From Synechococcus sp. A15-24 (GTDB taxonomy: Bacteria; Cyanobacteriota; Cyanobacteriia; PCC-6307; Cyanobiaceae), in contig NZ_CP047960.1 of NCBI RefSeq assembly GCF_014280195.1, forward strand, positions 150,001 to 182,000: a stretch of DNA of 32,000 bases. The letters run 5' to 3'. The position numbers and the translations under genes were made by a program. The notes under the pieces were generated by a model that worked only from the letters and a program-made list of their open reading frames with translations, had not been told where the DNA came from and did not search any database. Shown here one piece after another: positions 30,031 to 32,000 of the stretch (position 1 is the stretch's first letter; every line of letters begins with the position of its first letter).

Positions 30031-31187
30031 CGCGCCAGCCGCAGGCCTGCAGCCATCCAACGGCTGGCGGGTGGGAAGAAATTTCTGTAGGTATTCCGGC
30101 TGTGGCCGGGGGGCGTCAGCCAGCAACTGCCCCGCAGCACAAACTGAGAACTCATGAACTTGCCGTTGTATTCGCCGATGGCGCCGGGCGGTGTCACAAA
30201 CCCGGGGTAGGGGCGATAAGGGCTTGCTGTCCACTGCCACAACACCCCATGGCTGTGCAGCAGGGCTTCGCCGTGGACTGCAGCGGCGTGCTCCCATTCC
30301 GCTTCTGTTGGCAGCCGGGCATCACTCCAGCGGGCGAAGGCATCCGCTTCAAACCAGCTCAAGTGCCGCACAGGAGCATCCGGATCCAGCGGCTGGCGGC
30401 CGGCCAGGGTGAATTCCTCCTGAACGCCACGCCAGTAGCACGGGCCGGTCCAGCCGTTCTGCTGACAGAGGCTCCAGCCTTCACTCATCCATAAATCCGG
30501 GCGTGCGTAGCCACCGTCCGCGATGAAGGCCTGGAAGGCGCGATTGCTCACCAGGTCATTGCGGATCTGGAACCCATCCAGCCACACACGATGACGAGGC
30601 CCTTCGTTGTCGAAGTGGAAGCCCGCTCCCCCATGGCCGATCGTTACCAAACCTTCGTCGCAGCGCAGCCATCCATCGGATGTGGTCTGGCTGCTCAGGT
30701 CTGCCTCACGCTGATAGCAAGGCTCTAGCGGTTGACGGCTGAAGCCATCCAACAGGTCCATTAACAGCAGCTCCTGATGCTGCTGTTCGTGCTGAAGACC
30801 CAACTCCATGAGCTGAAGACAGGTTTCATCGGGTGCTTTGAGCAACTGCTCGAGTCCTTCATTCACCCGGGAGCGCCAGCGCAGGATGTCCGTGATGGTT
30901 GGCCGACTCAGCAGTCCCCGCTGGGGTCTGGGGTGTCGATCACCAACGCTGTCGTAATAGGAATTGAATTGATAGGCCCAGCGGGGATCACAGGGCACGT
31001 GCCCCTTGAGATGTGGTTGCAGCAGGAAGGTCTCAAAAAACCAGTTGGTGTGAGCCAGATGCCACTTCGGTGGACTGGCATCCGCCATTCCCTGCAGGCC
31101 CAGATCCTCCGGTTCCAGGGGATCGATCAACGCCTCACTGCGATGACGCACCTCCAGCAGGGTGTTCAGCTGCAAGACCAGGTTCAA
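30027..31187 (-). CDS. egtB: Hercynine oxygenase / sulfoxide synthase (ergothioneine biosynthesis EgtB)
   Basis: 386 aa. DinB-like iron-binding region SPPKWHLAHTNWFFETFLL and an FGE-sulfatase-like C-terminus GVLWQWTASPYRPYPGF...NGKFMSSQFVLRGSCWLTPPGHSRNTYRNFFPPASRW. Its stop overlaps the egtD ATG (ATGA). Confidence 0.85.
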   Translation of the reverse strand: MNLVLQLNTLLEVRHRSEALIDPLEPEDLGLQGMADASPPKWHLAHTNWFFETFLLQPHLKGHVPCDPRWAYQFNSYYDSVGDRHPRPQRGLLSRPTITDILRWRSRVNEGLEQLLKAPDETCLQLMELGLQHEQQHQELLLMDLLDGFSRQPLEPCYQREADLSSQTTSDGWLRCDEGLVTIGHGGAGFHFDNEGPRHRVWLDGFQIRNDLVSNRAFQAFIADGGYARPDLWMSEGWSLCQQNGWTGPCYWRGVQEEFTLAGRQPLDPDAPVRHLSWFEADAFARWSDARLPTEAEWEHAAAVHGEALLHSHGVLWQWTASPYRPYPGFVTPPGAIGEYNGKFMSSQFVLRGSCWLTPPGHSRNTYRNFFPPASRWMAAGLRLAR

Positions 31188-31291
31188 CGTTCGCCGCGGA
31201 CCCTAAAGCGAGCTGCCCATCGCCGCAGCGTCCTTACGATTGAGTGAGGAAATTTGCGGGCTCTGAAGCTCGTCCGGTCCGGAGGTCGGAG

Positions 31292-32000
31292 ATGGCCCGT
31301 GTTATCGCCAGCCAACGCGAGCGAGCCGCAGAGGGGCGTGTGTGGCCCGTAGTCGCCGCTCTAGTGATCTCAGCTTTGCTGGGAACGCTGATTGGTTGGT
31401 TGGTCCTCTCCCGTGGATCAAGTTCGGAGGATTCCCCTGCGGCCGACTCCAAGCGCGCGGAACGGGAGCGTGTGGTTAGTCCGCAGCCACCATCTCAACC
31501 TCAAGATTCAGAGTCGCGACAGCAGTTGCTCAACCGCCTGCGGGCGCTGCAGATCAACCGCACCTGGTTCCTCAGTTTGGTGGACAGCAGCTGGCTCAGC
31601 CGTTTCCCCGAGCGGGGAGGGCGGTTGCCTTCCGCTTCGGTGGAGGATGCTCCGTTGAGGCAGGTCTGGGAGGATCTGTCTGAGGAGTGGTTGGCGCGGG
31701 TTGAGCAACTGCCGCCATCGATCCGCGCCCGGCTGGGACAGCTCGACACCCAGGACTGGGACCAGCAGAAGCAGATCCTGATCCAGCAGGACGTTCACCC
31801 TCGGGTGATTCAGGAGCTGGTGACTGCCGCCGCGCGCAACGTTCTCCCTGGCGATGTCAGCGGAAGCCCCGCTGTAGAGCCTTACCGGCAGCTGTGGATC
31901 GCCGCAGCAATGGAGACGCTGCAGGGCATTCGGATCGATACGATCGCCGCGCGATCTGGGGAAGCCACCACCCGCTCGCTCAGGGTGTCGTCGGGCGGAG
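31292..32000 (+). CDS. Hypothetical membrane-anchored protein, 3'-truncated by the window edge
   Basis: Not in the ORF track because it has no in-window stop. ATG at 31292 is preceded by GGAGG (31281-31285). Manual translation MARVIASQRERAAEGRVWPVVAALVISALLGTLIGWLVLSRG...QLLNRLRALQINRTWFLSLVDSSWLSRFPERGG... stays open to 32000 (236 codons). It has one N-terminal transmembrane helix. Confidence 0.55.
   Translation, partial: MARVIASQRERAAEGRVWPVVAALVISALLGTLIGWLVLSRGSSSEDSPAADSKRAERERVVSPQPPSQPQDSESRQQLLNRLRALQINRTWFLSLVDSSWLSRFPERGGRLPSASVEDAPLRQVWEDLSEEWLARVEQLPPSIRARLGQLDTQDWDQQKQILIQQDVHPRVIQELVTAAARNVLPGDVSGSPAVEPYRQLWIAAAMETLQGIRIDTIAARSGEATTRSLRVSSGG

Overview
High-G+C chromosome (sampled 60-nt lines about 60-67% G+C). 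Gene content and order look like a marine Synechococcus-type picocyanobacterium: PlmA-like GntR regulator, group-2 sigma factor, RpaB-like response regulator, mreBCD, ahcY, egtBD. That assignment is my inference from protein motifs, not a database result. The core is densely packed housekeeping genes: cysE, plmA-like, a dienelactone hydrolase, infC, miaA, gyrB, two crcB, gpx, mgtE, a sigma-70 factor, an alpha/beta hydrolase, a YqhA-like protein, mutY, a PfkB kinase, tsaE, ahcY, DedA, ssb, mreBCD, an ABC substrate-binding protein, an OmpR-type regulator, lysS and egtD/egtB. Two sharply AT-rich islets (sampled lines about 28-42% G+C) interrupt it. Islet 1 (1 to about 3130, running off the left edge) has a two-domain glycosyltransferase missing from the ORF track because it has no in-window stop, a sulfotransferase and a GT2 enzyme. 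Islet 2 (13499 to about 15215) has two tandem sulfotransferases. Together they give three divergent PAPS-type sulfotransferases plus a GT31-like and two GT2-like glycosyltransferase domains. This is the best candidate for an uncharacterised accessory system: a strain-specific sulfated surface-glycan pathway. Neither islet has a visible integrase, transposase, tRNA or flanking repeat. Other points worth a second look are mutually exclusive hairpins over the response-regulator start codon, a terminator-like hairpin in the gyrB leader, and a tight egtB-egtD-orf78-orf158 gene string. I found no rRNA, tRNA, CRISPR array or transposase. Many long ORFs in the track are antisense artefacts of high G+C and are rejected. 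All calls rest on by-eye motif recognition and manual translation; no searches were run.
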